DNA of 63,141 nucleotides, the filler included. It is 8 parts of 8 records of this genome, joined end to end, with 100 filler letters (N's around TTAATTAATTAA, not from the genome) between each part and the next. Parts side by side here need not be neighbours in the genome. Positions count along the whole stretch, not along the records: positions 27,512 to 36,626 come from DRR723986_8858; positions 36,727 to 43,633 come from DRR723986_8861; 6 more parts are not named here. One strand, written 5' to 3'. This document shows positions 32,919 through 43,499 of the stretch, piece by piece (position 1 is the stretch's first letter; each line of letters starts with the position of its first letter). The notes under the pieces were generated by a model, which searched no databases, was not told the origin of the DNA, and worked only from the letters and a program-made list of their open reading frames with translations. Position numbers and translations under genes: made by a program.

Positions 32919-33717
32919 GGGCTTGCATCCATAGCCATGGGGTGGGGCTGCTGCGCCATTCCCAAAGCGCCAGCAACCGGTCAAGATCAGGCAGGCTGTC
33001 CATCCAATCGGGCAGGGCCTGTGGCTGCAAATCACGCCCGATCTGGGTGATGGTGTGGCTGCTGGCAAACCGCTTGCGCAGCGCTGCGCTGACGCCTGGC
33101 TGCAGGCCGTCATGGGTTTCAACCAAAATATCGGTATGGCGCAGGGCAGGTGCCAGATCGGGGGCCAAAAGCGCGCCTTCGGCCCCTTCGATATCGACAA
33201 TCAGCACGGTTTTTTGCTGCGCGCACACGGCCAGGCCCGCATGATCCAGCAGCCCCCCCACCTGCACACGCCCTGCCACGTCATTGGCCTGGGCCAGGGC
33301 GCGGGTGCTGGCCTGTGCGTTGGGGTCGATGTCAAAAGCCAAGATCGTGCTGTTTGGCATGCGCCGCGCCAAGCCCACGGCGTAATAGCCTTCAGCGCAG
33401 CCCACATCCACAACCTGCGGATAGGCGCGCGCGATGATGGTTTCGATCACCGGCTGCAGGCTGGCCTCTTAGCAGCCCAAAAGCCGGGGCAGGGCCGCGC
33501 CTTCGGTGGCGGCAGTGGCATAGACCATGCCGGCAAAGGGGCCGCTGGCCACGATATTGCCTTGTTGGGCCAGAGTGGTGTTTTGCACCAGCCGCGCGCG
33601 CCATTTTGCCAGTAGCCGCAAGGCGCTGTTTAGCTGCGCGGGGCTGGCGGGGGCGGCCAGAATTTTCCGTAGGTCTTGGCTTACTTTTACCGTAAGCGGT
33701 GAGGCAGACTGCGCCAT
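32905..33717 (-). pseudogene. Class I SAM methyltransferase interrupted by an in-frame TAA (33469-33471)
   Basis: Two in-frame ORFs join as ...PRLLGC*EASLQPVIETII...VVDVGCAEGYYA; start MAQSA at 33717. Confidence 0.8.
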
Positions 33718-33797
33718 CGCTTGTTCCTTGTTACACGGACCCAGTTGTGCAGGTCCGTGCCCCAAGGTGCAAGCAAAAGCTGAAATGGGTGCCTAAA

Positions 33798-34676
33798 TTA
33801 GCCGCTGGTGCGTGTGCGTTTTTCAAACCTTGGCAGCATGGCCGAAAAATCCATGCCGCGCCCGTCTTCTTCCTCGACAAAGCGGCGATACAGCTCTAGC
33901 GCGGCCTGGCCCATGGGGGTGTCGGCATCGGCCGCGGCGGCGGCTTGCTGGCTGAGGCCCAGATCTTTCAGCATCAGATCGGCGGCAAAGCCTGGCTTAT
34001 AGCCATTATCCGCAGGCGATTGCGGGCCCACGCCCGGCGCCGGGCAATAGGCATTCATTGTCCAGCTATAGCCCGACGAGGTGCTGACCACGTCAAACAT
34101 CTTTTGCCGGTCCAGCCCCAGCTTATCGGCCAGGGCAAAGGCCTCGCAGGTGGCGATCATTGTGACGCCCAAAATCATGTTGTTACAAATCTTGGCCGCT
34201 TGGCCCGCCCCGGCATCGCCGCAATGCACGGCCTTTTGGCCCATGATATCAAACAGCGGCTTTGCCATCTCAAAGGCCGCCTGGCTGCCCCCGGCCATAA
34301 AGGTCAACGTGCCGGCGGTAGCCCCGCCCACGCCGCCTGAAACGGGGGCGTCAACGGGCAAAAGGCCGGCGGCGCTGGCCATTTCGGCCACGGCGCGGGC
34401 GCTTTCCACATCGACGGTCGAGCAATCGATCAGCGCAGCGCCCGGGCGCATATGTGCGATGATATCGCCCGCCACCGCGCGCAGGATCTGGCCATTGGGC
34501 AGCATGGTGATCACCGCATCGGCGCCCGCCACAGCCTGGGCCGCGGTGGCGGCGATGCTGATATTTTCAAGCGTGACCGCGGCGGTATCAAAGCCCGTTA
34601 CCTGATGGCCCGCATTGGCCAAATTGGCAGCCATGGGCGCGCCCATATTTCCAAGGCCGATAAATCCGATTTTCAT
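33798..34676 (-). CDS. mmsB: 3-hydroxyisobutyrate dehydrogenase
   Basis: FIGLGNMG, DAPVSGG, KICNNM, YCPAPG and LMLKDL motifs. Confidence 0.95.
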   Translation of the reverse strand: MKIGFIGLGNMGAPMAANLANAGHQVTGFDTAAVTLENISIAATAAQAVAGADAVITMLPNGQILRAVAGDIIAHMRPGAALIDCSTVDVESARAVAEMASAAGLLPVDAPVSGGVGGATAGTLTFMAGGSQAAFEMAKPLFDIMGQKAVHCGDAGAGQAAKICNNMILGVTMIATCEAFALADKLGLDRQKMFDVVSTSSGYSWTMNAYCPAPGVGPQSPADNGYKPGFAADLMLKDLGLSQQAAAAADADTPMGQAALELYRRFVEEEDGRGMDFSAMLPRFEKRTRTSG

Positions 34677-34679
34677 GGT

Positions 34680-35720
34680 TTACTCCTGTTCAAATGTCAG
34701 CGCCTGCGCACCCAGCGGGGCCAGCATGGCCTGCACATCTGCCGTCATATCTTGGTGCAGGTCATGGCGCCATCTGGGGCTGCGATCTTTGTCGATAATG
34801 GCGGCGCGAATGCCTTCTAGAAAATCGCTATGCTCCATCGCGCGGAAAGTATAGCGGTATTCCAATTCTAGCGCTGTGCGAATGTTGGCACCCAGATCTT
34901 GCAAGCGCTGCACCATTTCCAGCGCAGATGCCACCGCCAAAGGCGAATTGCGCCCAAGCGATTTCAGCGTTTTTTGGGCAAAATCGCTGTCATCTGCGGC
35001 CAGATGGGCCAAAACATCGGGCAGGTTGGGGCTGGCAAAGGCTGCGTTGATCTGCGCCTCTAGCGCCCTTAGCGGGGCCTCTGGCGGGGGGGCTTTGGCG
35101 GCCTCTAGCGGGGCCAGATCGGGGCTGGTGCATAGTGCCTCGATCAGCTGGGGCCAAGCCGCCTCGGGCACGAAATGATCGGCAAAGCCTGCAAAAATGG
35201 CATCACCCGCCCCCATGCGGCTGGCGGTGGTGCCCAGATAGGCGCCCAGCTTTCCCGGCGCGCGCGCCAATAGCCCCGAGCCACCGACATCGGGCACAAG
35301 GCCGATGCCCACCTCGGGCATGGCGATCTGGCTGCTGTGGCCCACAACGCGGTGGTGCACATGGCAGCCCACGCCCACACCGCCGCCCATGGTAAAGCCT
35401 TGCATAAAGCTGATCACCGGCTTGGCAAAGCCCGCCAAACGCGCGTTCATGCGGTATTCATCGCGCCAAAAGGTGCGGCCATAGGTGAAATCGCCCGCGC
35501 GCCCGGTGCTGTACAGCTGGGCAATATCACCGCCTGCGCAAAATGCTTTATCGCCCGCGGCATCGATGATCACCCGCGTGATCTGCGGGTCATGTTCCCA
35601 GCCACGCAAGGCCGCATCGATTTGCATCGCCATCTCGTAGGTAAGCGCGTTCAGCGCCTGGGGGCGGTTCAGCGTGATGCGGCCTGCCTGGCCAGTGGTG
35701 CGGATCAAGATATCGCTCAT
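34680..35720 (-). CDS. 3-hydroxyisobutyryl-CoA hydrolase (crotonase family)
   Basis: AFCAGGDI, MGGGVG, AMPEVGIGLVPDVG and DFLEGIRAAIIDKDRSPRW motifs. Confidence 0.9.
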   Translation of the reverse strand: MSDILIRTTGQAGRITLNRPQALNALTYEMAMQIDAALRGWEHDPQITRVIIDAAGDKAFCAGGDIAQLYSTGRAGDFTYGRTFWRDEYRMNARLAGFAKPVISFMQGFTMGGGVGVGCHVHHRVVGHSSQIAMPEVGIGLVPDVGGSGLLARAPGKLGAYLGTTASRMGAGDAIFAGFADHFVPEAAWPQLIEALCTSPDLAPLEAAKAPPPEAPLRALEAQINAAFASPNLPDVLAHLAADDSDFAQKTLKSLGRNSPLAVASALEMVQRLQDLGANIRTALELEYRYTFRAMEHSDFLEGIRAAIIDKDRSPRWRHDLHQDMTADVQAMLAPLGAQALTFEQE

Positions 35721-35743
35721 CGCGGGCCTATATGTGCTGTGTG

Positions 35744-36625
35744 CTAGCCACGATCGGCCAGCATCTGGCGGCTGATGATCAGGCGCATGATTTCGTTTGT
35801 GCCTTCCAAAATCTGGTGCACGCGCAGATCGCGCACGATTTTTTCTACGCCATAATCGGCCAGATACCCATAGCCCCCATGCATTTGCAGGCAGCCATTG
35901 GCCACCTCAAAGGCGTTATCGGTGACCATCAGCTTAGCCATGGCGCAGAATTTCGTGGCGTCGGCGGCTTTGGTATCAAGCTTCCATGCCGCTTGGCGCA
36001 GCATGATGCGGGCCGATTGCAGCTTTGTCTCGAATTCGGCCAATTTGAATTGCAAGGCCTGAAACTGATCGATGGTTTTGCCAAAGGCGCGGCGCTGGCC
36101 CATATAGGTTAGGGTGATATCCAGCGCGTTTTGCGCAGCCCCCAGCGCCGAGGCGGCGATATTCAGCCGCCCGCCATCCAGCCCCGCCATTGCATAGGAA
36201 AACCCATGCCCCTCGTGGCCAATCAAATTGTCCAGGGGCACAAGGCAATCGTCGAATTGCACCTGTGCCGTGGGTTGGCTGCGCCAGCCCATCTTGTCTT
36301 CTAGCCCGCCATAAGACAGGCCATCTGTGCCTGCCTCGACCACAACGGTGGAAATGCCCTTTGGCCCGTCATCGCCCGTGCGCACCATCGTGACATAGGC
36401 ATCGGAATAGCCGCCGCCCGAGATAAACGCCTTTGTGCCGTTCAGCCGATAGCCTGTGTTGGTTTTTTCCGCCCGCGTGCGCAATGCGGCCGCATCGCTG
36501 CCGCTGCCCGGTTCGGTCAGGCAGTAAGAGAACACTTTGTTCATGGCGCAAAGATCGGGTAGCCATTTTTCCTTGGTCTCGGTGCTGCCAAACTTATCGA
36601 TCATGCCGCCGCACATGTTGTGGAT
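35744..36625 (-). CDS. Isobutyryl-CoA/acyl-CoA dehydrogenase (5'-truncated)
   Basis: YCLTEPGSGSDA, GLDGGRLNIA, HGGYGYL and RDLRVHQILEGTNEIMR motifs; valine catabolism cluster. Confidence 0.9.
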   Translation of the reverse strand: MHNMCGGMIDKFGSTETKEKWLPDLCAMNKVFSYCLTEPGSGSDAAALRTRAEKTNTGYRLNGTKAFISGGGYSDAYVTMVRTGDDGPKGISTVVVEAGTDGLSYGGLEDKMGWRSQPTAQVQFDDCLVPLDNLIGHEGHGFSYAMAGLDGGRLNIAASALGAAQNALDITLTYMGQRRAFGKTIDQFQALQFKLAEFETKLQSARIMLRQAAWKLDTKAADATKFCAMAKLMVTDNAFEVANGCLQMHGGYGYLADYGVEKIVRDLRVHQILEGTNEIMRLIISRQMLADRG

Positions 36626-36626
36626 C

Positions 36627-36726
36627 NNNNNNNNNNNNNNNNNNNNNNNNNNNNNNNNNNNNNNNNNNNNTTAATTAATTAANNNNNNNNNNNNNNNNNN
36701 NNNNNNNNNNNNNNNNNNNNNNNNNN
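36627..36726. other. Artificial contig spacer
   Basis: N44-TTAATTAATTAA-N44. Confidence 0.98.
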
Positions 36727-36777
36727 AGCAGTTACACAAATCTATTTACAGTCTCACCATTTTCAAATATCTGAAAA

Positions 36778-36822
36778 ATCCCCACCAGCTGTGAACCACA
36801 GTACCTCACAGCTGGTGGGGAT
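36778..36822. repeat. Perfect 17-bp inverted repeat (hairpin)
   Basis: ATCCCCACCAGCTGTGA-N11-TCACAGCTGGTGGGGAT. Confidence 0.85.
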
Positions 36823-36851
36823 AAATCAATCTTCAATCCCAACCCAAAACC

Positions 36852-36886
36852 AAAAAACCCGATGCCGGCAAGCCGCATCGGGTTTT
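36852..36886 (-). terminator. Intrinsic terminator of the PKD/T9SS gene
   Basis: AAAACCCGATGC...GCATCGGGTTTT stem with a U tract on the minus strand. Confidence 0.75.
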
Positions 36887-36974
36887 CAGTTTATCCATCA
36901 GCCTGCTGCAAATGTCCCGCAGCCGACCGCTGAATCCTAAAGTCAATCAGCAACAAGAAATTTCACAGTGAAAA

Positions 36975-38585
36975 TCAATTGTTAACAAAAAGGCGTTTAG
37001 TCAGAACCTCAGAACCACGCTCCATGCGAATGAAGTACACCCCGCTGTTCAGATCCTGCGTCGAAACCACCAGCTCATGACGGCCCACAGAACCAGATGT
37101 CGCAGGCAGCAGATCCTGCACCAAGCGGCCCTGTGTATCGTAGAGCTTCAGCGAAACATTAACATCCGCATCCACCTGAACATATCGCAGAGTCGTCTGA
37201 TTGCTGCTGGGGTTGGGGTACAACTCCATCGCGTTGGCTTCACTGAAATCATCTGGATTATGCATTGTTTGACGGCCAAGCTCACTTTCCGGCAGATACT
37301 CTACCGGTTCGTCATCGTCAGGTACAATAAACAATTCCGGCAGATCATAGTATTGAATGAAGTCCTCACAGATTACTTCCTGGCAGCATTCGCCGGTACG
37401 TTCGTCAATGCCGTAAACTGTAGCGCAAACAGTAAACTGCCCTGGACGATACCTGTGCGCCACGTGCACGCCGTGCCCACTTGTACCATCGCCAAAGTCC
37501 CAATCAGCTGTAATAATTTTCGTGTGCCCGCTGTTGGGGGCCTGCAGCGTAAAGAAGAACTCGCCTTTTTCACCAAGTGCCGGAAAAAAGTGCGTCACCG
37601 CGCTAAAGTCACACTCACATTGCTCAATACACAGCGTCGTGGTTTCTGTGACGTCACACCCACAGCTGGAGAGCTTGGAGATCTCGATTTCATAGCAGTC
37701 ATTTGGCGTAAAGGATGGATTAGTTGGTGCAAAGTTCAGTGTTTTAATGTCGATGCCCGTCGTAATCAGTTGATCTCCTTCAGTTTGTGTTAAAGTACTC
37801 GTTCCCAGGAGCGTACCATTATTCAGAACTGAAACGGTGTACTGCTCGGCCTCACACTTTGAAGAATGGTTAACCACCTGAACAAAGATTTCGTCGGTCT
37901 GCGGCCCATCGCACAAGTTGGTTGCTGCGGTATATTTACCGTCGATTATAATATCGAAGGTGTTTTCTACCAACTTGACGTTGTCGATCTTGACCATAGA
38001 AGTTGCCCCGCCGGAACCTGGATAGACCCCATAGAACCAGAGCTGCTCGAAACTGGCAGCGCCGGTTGTAAAACACATAGCGGTGGATTGATAAGTAGTC
38101 GAGCTCGTCTGATGTGAGACAATCGCCAGACGCGTAGTTGGAATCGGCAGAGGCTCCTGGCACAGATTCGGATTGTTTTGTGGCACAAGACCTGTTGTCG
38201 CTTCAACCGTCACGTAACCAGGTGACCAGGCAGTTGATGTTGCGACGTCAAATGTTAATATGTAGCTCGTATTGGCTTTGATTTCAACACAAGTAAATGC
38301 ACCTTCGGTATTAATTCCATTGTCCTCACTGAGCAGTGCAATTCCCTGGCCAGTGCTACCGGCGCCAAGCGCTGTCATCGGTGTTCCCGCAGCCACGTGC
38401 CAACCACCACTTGACAGGCCGACCAAAGTATTACATGCCCCCGAAGTAAAAACACAGTTCTCAAAGTGGCCTTCAACTAAATTGCTTGGCAGTGGGTTGC
38501 AGACCTGTGCGATAGTGGTGGCCACACCAGTAAGCAGCATACAAACTGCAAAACACAACATTCGCGACATTCTCAAAAAATCCAT
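36975..38585 (-). CDS. Secreted Cys-rich protein with PKD domain and T9SS sorting domain
   Basis: Signal peptide, WDFGDGT PKD motif, C-terminal LYPNPS...SGVYFIRM...KRLFV. Confidence 0.88.
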   Translation of the reverse strand: MDFLRMSRMLCFAVCMLLTGVATTIAQVCNPLPSNLVEGHFENCVFTSGACNTLVGLSSGGWHVAAGTPMTALGAGSTGQGIALLSEDNGINTEGAFTCVEIKANTSYILTFDVATSTAWSPGYVTVEATTGLVPQNNPNLCQEPLPIPTTRLAIVSHQTSSTTYQSTAMCFTTGAASFEQLWFYGVYPGSGGATSMVKIDNVKLVENTFDIIIDGKYTAATNLCDGPQTDEIFVQVVNHSSKCEAEQYTVSVLNNGTLLGTSTLTQTEGDQLITTGIDIKTLNFAPTNPSFTPNDCYEIEISKLSSCGCDVTETTTLCIEQCECDFSAVTHFFPALGEKGEFFFTLQAPNSGHTKIITADWDFGDGTSGHGVHVAHRYRPGQFTVCATVYGIDERTGECCQEVICEDFIQYYDLPELFIVPDDDEPVEYLPESELGRQTMHNPDDFSEANAMELYPNPSSNQTTLRYVQVDADVNVSLKLYDTQGRLVQDLLPATSGSVGRHELVVSTQDLNSGVYFIRMERGSEVLTKRLFVNN

Positions 38586-39258
38586 AGTAACCTCGTTGTT
38601 GTTGCATGTGAATGATAGTGACTCGAAACTCGGTCAATTAAACAGCATGCAGATATAAACATCCTGTGAATGGCGGACAATGTAGAATGGCACTACACTT
38701 AAACAAAGCGGTGTTTGGCGAACGTGCCCTTTCAGCCGTTGAAAGTGGCTTTCGGCTTCGTTTAGCGGACCGATCAGAATGTTAACAGGACGACTGACAC
38801 CAGTATTCATGCAGTGTTAAATTGGTAGCCATAAAATTCGATTCAGAAAACAGAAAACCAACAAACTCTGCATTTGATTTTGCAGAACTTGCCGGTGATC
38901 AAAAAAACTTAACATTTACGCGTCAATACAAACACGCTACATTGCGCTAACGGGCAGCAACGGGACAAAAACAAACAATTTAAAGCACTCGCTGACCTGA
39001 AAACTGCGTTTCCCTATCCTGGGACAAAAAAACAGGTGGCAGTCAGGCTCAGGTGCGTATACCGGCGTCTTAACGATCGTGGCAGTGGCCGAACAGACGC
39101 AGGGTATACGAACATTCACATTAACGCTGTTGGGCACCATTGCGGGGCCGTGATAACATGAATCGCAACAAACATCACGCAAGCGCGCAACAATTCAAAG
39201 CGCCTTTGGGTGAAAACAACGTTTGAGTACGTGAACGCAGCGTTTGGCCCGCTAATCG

Positions 39259-40020
39259 TTAACTGAACCGCGCAATTTGCTCCAGCTCATGCAGCAGTTC
39301 ATCGCGGCGGCGAACTGACACTTCCAGCGTAGAGCCGTCCAGCATCACAAGGTATCCCGGCTTGCCTTTAACATAAGATTGAACAAAATTGAGGTTTACC
39401 AGGTGTTTGCGGTGCACCCGGAAAAACTGAAGGTCGGCCAGCAATTTCTCATATTGATTTATGGGCCGCGAAACCAGGAGTGGCCCGCGTTCAGTCAAAA
39501 TGAAATTGGTATAGTTATCGCTGGCTTCGCAGCGTAGAATATTGTCAATCACGACCATTTCAAAACCATTGCGATTGGGCAAGGCCAGACATTTACTCGG
39601 GCTCTGCAAATTATGCTCCAGCGTGCGGACTTGTGCCTCAGCAGGCTTCTGCTTGCCATTACGGGGCTGCAAGCGCGCAATGGCTTCGTCCAAATCACGC
39701 GAATCGATAGGCTTCAACAAATAGTGTAGCGCGGAGTACTCAAAAGCACGCGCGCCGAACTCACCATGCGCCGTTGTGAAAATTACTTGAGTCTTACGCC
39801 AGTCGATTTGCTCCAGGAGCTGAAATCCAGTTCCATCAGGCATCAGAATATCAAGAAATACAACGTCAGGTTGCTGTTCCCTTACAAGTGCGACACCAGA
39901 CTGCATCGAATTGGCCGTTCCGACAATTTCAAGAGTGTCAGCATATGGCAGTAGCAGAATGCGCAGAAGCTCCAGAGCATCCGGTTCGTCATCAATTAAG
40001 ACCGCTCTTAATCCGCTCAT
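39259..40020 (-). CDS. LytR/AlgR family response regulator
   Basis: REC domain (IDDE, FLDILMP, YLLKP) plus LytTR domain (CEASDNYT, FFRVHRKHLVN). Confidence 0.93.
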   Translation of the reverse strand: MSGLRAVLIDDEPDALELLRILLLPYADTLEIVGTANSMQSGVALVREQQPDVVFLDILMPDGTGFQLLEQIDWRKTQVIFTTAHGEFGARAFEYSALHYLLKPIDSRDLDEAIARLQPRNGKQKPAEAQVRTLEHNLQSPSKCLALPNRNGFEMVVIDNILRCEASDNYTNFILTERGPLLVSRPINQYEKLLADLQFFRVHRKHLVNLNFVQSYVKGKPGYLVMLDGSTLEVSVRRRDELLHELEQIARFS

Positions 40021-40032
40021 TTTTCATTCCTT

Positions 40033-43000
40033 TCAATTGCGATATTCAACGGTGATTGTTGCTTTGGTTCCGGCAGCAAGGCCAAACTCGTCATACAAAT
40101 CTTCAAGGCTCAGATTATAGCGCGTGCTGCCAAGCGCATTGGCCAAACTAATGCGTTCAGCAATGTTGCTAAGCGCAGTTGAAGGCCGCAGAGGGTCGTT
40201 CGCCTTTTTGAGTTCGCGCGCGCGCACGCGCCCAATTCCATTGTCCTGCACTACACAGGCAAAACCCTGGCTCTGCGGAATCACACTGAGGCTTACCACT
40301 CCAGGCGTATCGCGCGGCATGATACCGTGCAGCACCGCATTCTCAAGTAGCGGCTGCAGCAGCATGGGGGCAATGTAAAGCTCGCCGGAGTTAAGCTCTT
40401 CCGAGACATGCACGGCGTAATCCAGCTTACCCTTAAAGCGCAATTTTTCCAGCGCCATGTAATAGTTCACACTCTTTATCTCGGCTTCCAGGAACACCGT
40501 ACGCCGTTTGGAATGATCCAGAATAGTGCGGATCAGACGCGAGAACTGCGTTAGATAAACACCGGCATCATGAGTTTTGCGCGTCACAATCAAATACTGC
40601 ACAGAATTCAGCGCGTTAAACAAAAAGTGCGGGTTCATCTGCAGGCGCAATGAGCGATACTCCACATCCACCATGTGCCGCCGGCTCGCTTCAATTTTTT
40701 GCTGCCTGCGCATAAACGCAAAAACAGCCAATGCCAGGAGTGTTCCCAGCCCCAATGTGCCCAGTACCCGAAACCAGACTTCCTCAGTGAAATGACGCTC
40801 TACAGATATGTTAAGTTTCGCGGGCGCCATGCCCCACACCCCGCGTTCATTCGAAGCCGCCAGCTCAAACGTATAATCGCCCGCAGGCAAATCCGTGTAA
40901 CGCACAGAACGGTTAAGCGTCTGAATCTCCCCGGCATCGTAGCCGTGCAGCCGGTAGCGATAAGTCGGCCCCGACTCGCGCCTGAATGAATGCGCCGTGA
41001 AGTTAATCTCCAGGTCATTACTGTCGGCAGTCAAAACATAGGATTCATGCTGTCTGGGAAGCACCTTGCCGCTTTGACGCAAATTGTCGATCCGCGTTAT
41101 GGGGGCGCAAATATTACCCAGCATCTGGTGCGGGTCAAAGTAATAGACGCCTTTGCGGCTTACAACAAACAGTTTGCCGTCTACAAGCACCATATCGACA
41201 ATCTGACCGCGCGGCAGTCCATCGGCTCCACTAAACCTCTCAATCTCAAATTCGCCAGGATCCATTGCACCGTCTGGTGCAGCTGAATCGCTGTGCGGCT
41301 TGGCACGCAGGCAGCTGAGTCCTCCGCTACCGGCCACCCAGACATCCTGCGTGCTCTCGTCGATTAATATCGATGAACACAGGTCGCTGTGTAAGCCGTC
41401 GGCAACCGTAAAACTTTGGAAAGTGCCGTCTGTAGCCATACTGATTACTCCACCACCCTTGCTTGCCAACCACAGTGTCCCATCAGCTGCCTCAGCGATA
41501 TCATTGACTCGCGTCTGCAGCAGACTATCCTGCATCTTCGGCAGAATCAGTTGACCATTGATGTGCTGTAGCAGACCTTTATGTGTGCCGGCATGCACGC
41601 GCCCCTGCCTATCGCCGTGAATGCACAAGGTACGCTCACTAAATCCCATTTCTGACGAAACGAAGTGAAACTCACCCTGGGCCTTGCGCAGGATTCCATG
41701 CCCACAATACAGATGCTCACCGTTGGCGGCTACGGCTGCATTCAGCGGCCAGTGACCATTTAACTTTGAGTTTTCTCTTTTAACTTTGCGTGTGTCCAAC
41801 TCCAGGTAACTCAACCCTGTGTGTATTACATTGTCTAGAAAAGCAACAAATGGCGGAGTACTTTTAATTGTTCTGTTAAAGACATCCAGATTAAAAATTT
41901 CCGGCTCAATATCTGCTGAGTCCCGTATCGGTAGTATCGCGATCTTATTTTTTGTATTCGCCAGAACCAGTGTGTCATTGCGACCAGTACAGGCCACGAC
42001 TTCCCCATCATAAAATGGCGACTGTAACTGAAGAACGTTGCGCGTAGCGATCATCAACAAGCCATTGCGCAGCGTCGTTAACCAGATATTGCCTTCATGA
42101 TCGCGGCACATACCCGTAATCACATGATTTTTTAAGTAGCGCTTGTGTGGCACGGAAAAATCCATGCCTTTAAACTCAACTACTCCCGCAAATGTCGATA
42201 TCCACGTAAACGCATCCCCCAGCTCCAATACGCCGCTTACGACTTCGGGAAAGCTATACATGGCCTTAACAGTATCGCCACTAATGTGTGCGGCGGAGTT
42301 GGCATCGAACCAAAGAATGTCACTGTTAAACATTTTCTGGGCAAAGTTAAAGCTGGCCCTGGACCACGACTTTGCCACCCAGCCATAATCCGTGCGCTCT
42401 ATCTGTGGTTTGCGCGTTGGGTCATCAAATACATCGTTGCTCATGATCGAAAGTAATCCGCCAAACTCAAGCTCCACCAGCTCTGTCTGCGTAGGGCTTT
42501 CCCGCTTAACAATTTCAATTTGTTCAAGTGTGGCACTGCGCAAATCCAATTTGAAGACTCGTCCATCCTTGATTGCCAGCCAGATATTCGTCAAACCATC
42601 CAACTTCACGCCTGAGATATAGGAGTCGCCCAAGCGTTCACGAAGCTCTGAATTTGCTGGTGCCTCGCGCAATATCCCGTCGCGGTAGTAGCATAGGCCA
42701 CCTGAGAATGTTGTTAACCAAAGTCCCCCCAATTCATCCGGTTCTATCCAGAATATCGTATTGTCGCTCAGCCCATCACTTGTTGTATATGTCTTGAAAT
42801 TATATCCATCGTAGGCACACAGACCATGATCGCTTGCCAGCCAGATAACCCCGTCATCGGCCTGTACCACACAGTGTAGCTCATCCGATGGCAGGCCGTC
42901 GCTGCTCGTAAACTGACGGTACGATAGTTCGGAATTCAGTGGCATACTGTATGCAGCCGGCAGCAAAGTACTTGTTAACACACACACCAAAATATATGTA

Positions 43001-43053
43001 CGAAAACGGCAATGTATAGCCATCGGCTGAAATAGCTTAGTTACGATTTTCAT
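40033..43053 (-). CDS. LytS-type sensor histidine kinase with periplasmic beta-propeller and Y_Y_Y domain
   Basis: DGL-type propeller repeats, YRYRLHG..YTDLPAGDYTF, a TM helix, then LQMNPHFLFNALNS, LQPLLENAVLHG and DNGIG motifs. Confidence 0.92.
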   Translation of the reverse strand: MKIVTKLFQPMAIHCRFRTYILVCVLTSTLLPAAYSMPLNSELSYRQFTSSDGLPSDELHCVVQADDGVIWLASDHGLCAYDGYNFKTYTTSDGLSDNTIFWIEPDELGGLWLTTFSGGLCYYRDGILREAPANSELRERLGDSYISGVKLDGLTNIWLAIKDGRVFKLDLRSATLEQIEIVKRESPTQTELVELEFGGLLSIMSNDVFDDPTRKPQIERTDYGWVAKSWSRASFNFAQKMFNSDILWFDANSAAHISGDTVKAMYSFPEVVSGVLELGDAFTWISTFAGVVEFKGMDFSVPHKRYLKNHVITGMCRDHEGNIWLTTLRNGLLMIATRNVLQLQSPFYDGEVVACTGRNDTLVLANTKNKIAILPIRDSADIEPEIFNLDVFNRTIKSTPPFVAFLDNVIHTGLSYLELDTRKVKRENSKLNGHWPLNAAVAANGEHLYCGHGILRKAQGEFHFVSSEMGFSERTLCIHGDRQGRVHAGTHKGLLQHINGQLILPKMQDSLLQTRVNDIAEAADGTLWLASKGGGVISMATDGTFQSFTVADGLHSDLCSSILIDESTQDVWVAGSGGLSCLRAKPHSDSAAPDGAMDPGEFEIERFSGADGLPRGQIVDMVLVDGKLFVVSRKGVYYFDPHQMLGNICAPITRIDNLRQSGKVLPRQHESYVLTADSNDLEINFTAHSFRRESGPTYRYRLHGYDAGEIQTLNRSVRYTDLPAGDYTFELAASNERGVWGMAPAKLNISVERHFTEEVWFRVLGTLGLGTLLALAVFAFMRRQQKIEASRRHMVDVEYRSLRLQMNPHFLFNALNSVQYLIVTRKTHDAGVYLTQFSRLIRTILDHSKRRTVFLEAEIKSVNYYMALEKLRFKGKLDYAVHVSEELNSGELYIAPMLLQPLLENAVLHGIMPRDTPGVVSLSVIPQSQGFACVVQDNGIGRVRARELKKANDPLRPSTALSNIAERISLANALGSTRYNLSLEDLYDEFGLAAGTKATITVEYRN

Positions 43054-43499
43054 AATGTCTAAATATCAAGTTCAGCTAAGCAGCGATCTCGGGGCCGTTG
43101 TGTGCCCTGGACTCAAAAATGACAGGGGTTCATAACATTGAGGGCAATAGCTAATGGTGATGTTACACAATTTTTAATTACCGGCAATGCCTCCCATCGA
43201 TTTTACCCGCAGATATTAACGCGGGGTGTTCCAAATTGTTACACGGCAAAAAAATGACTGTGAAAGCTGGATGTTGTGAATTCTCACCTTTTCTGAGCAC
43301 TTCGCCCCCTGCGTTGCACTTGTTGGCTTGTTTATTTTCCTTTTGTTAGTTGTGCAGTCTCCAGCCTCAAGATTGCCGGCAGGCTTGCAGATTTTGAGTA
43401 TTGTGCCTCAATGCCTTTCGGTGTGCCGGCCGGCGCTGCTAATCCCGAATGAATCATTTGTTTAACTGCTCAGAGCAGCAGTTGTTAACATTTGAACCT

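Noticed and set aside
31233-33200. 655-aa version of the glycosyltransferase
   Set aside because: The first ~94 codons overlap the methyltransferase in another frame. The start at 32918 fits the operon coupling.
33469-33471. Programmed stop-codon recoding (Sec/Pyl or alternative code)
   Set aside because: The codon is TAA, not TGA or TAG, and other genes on the contig end normally at TAA.
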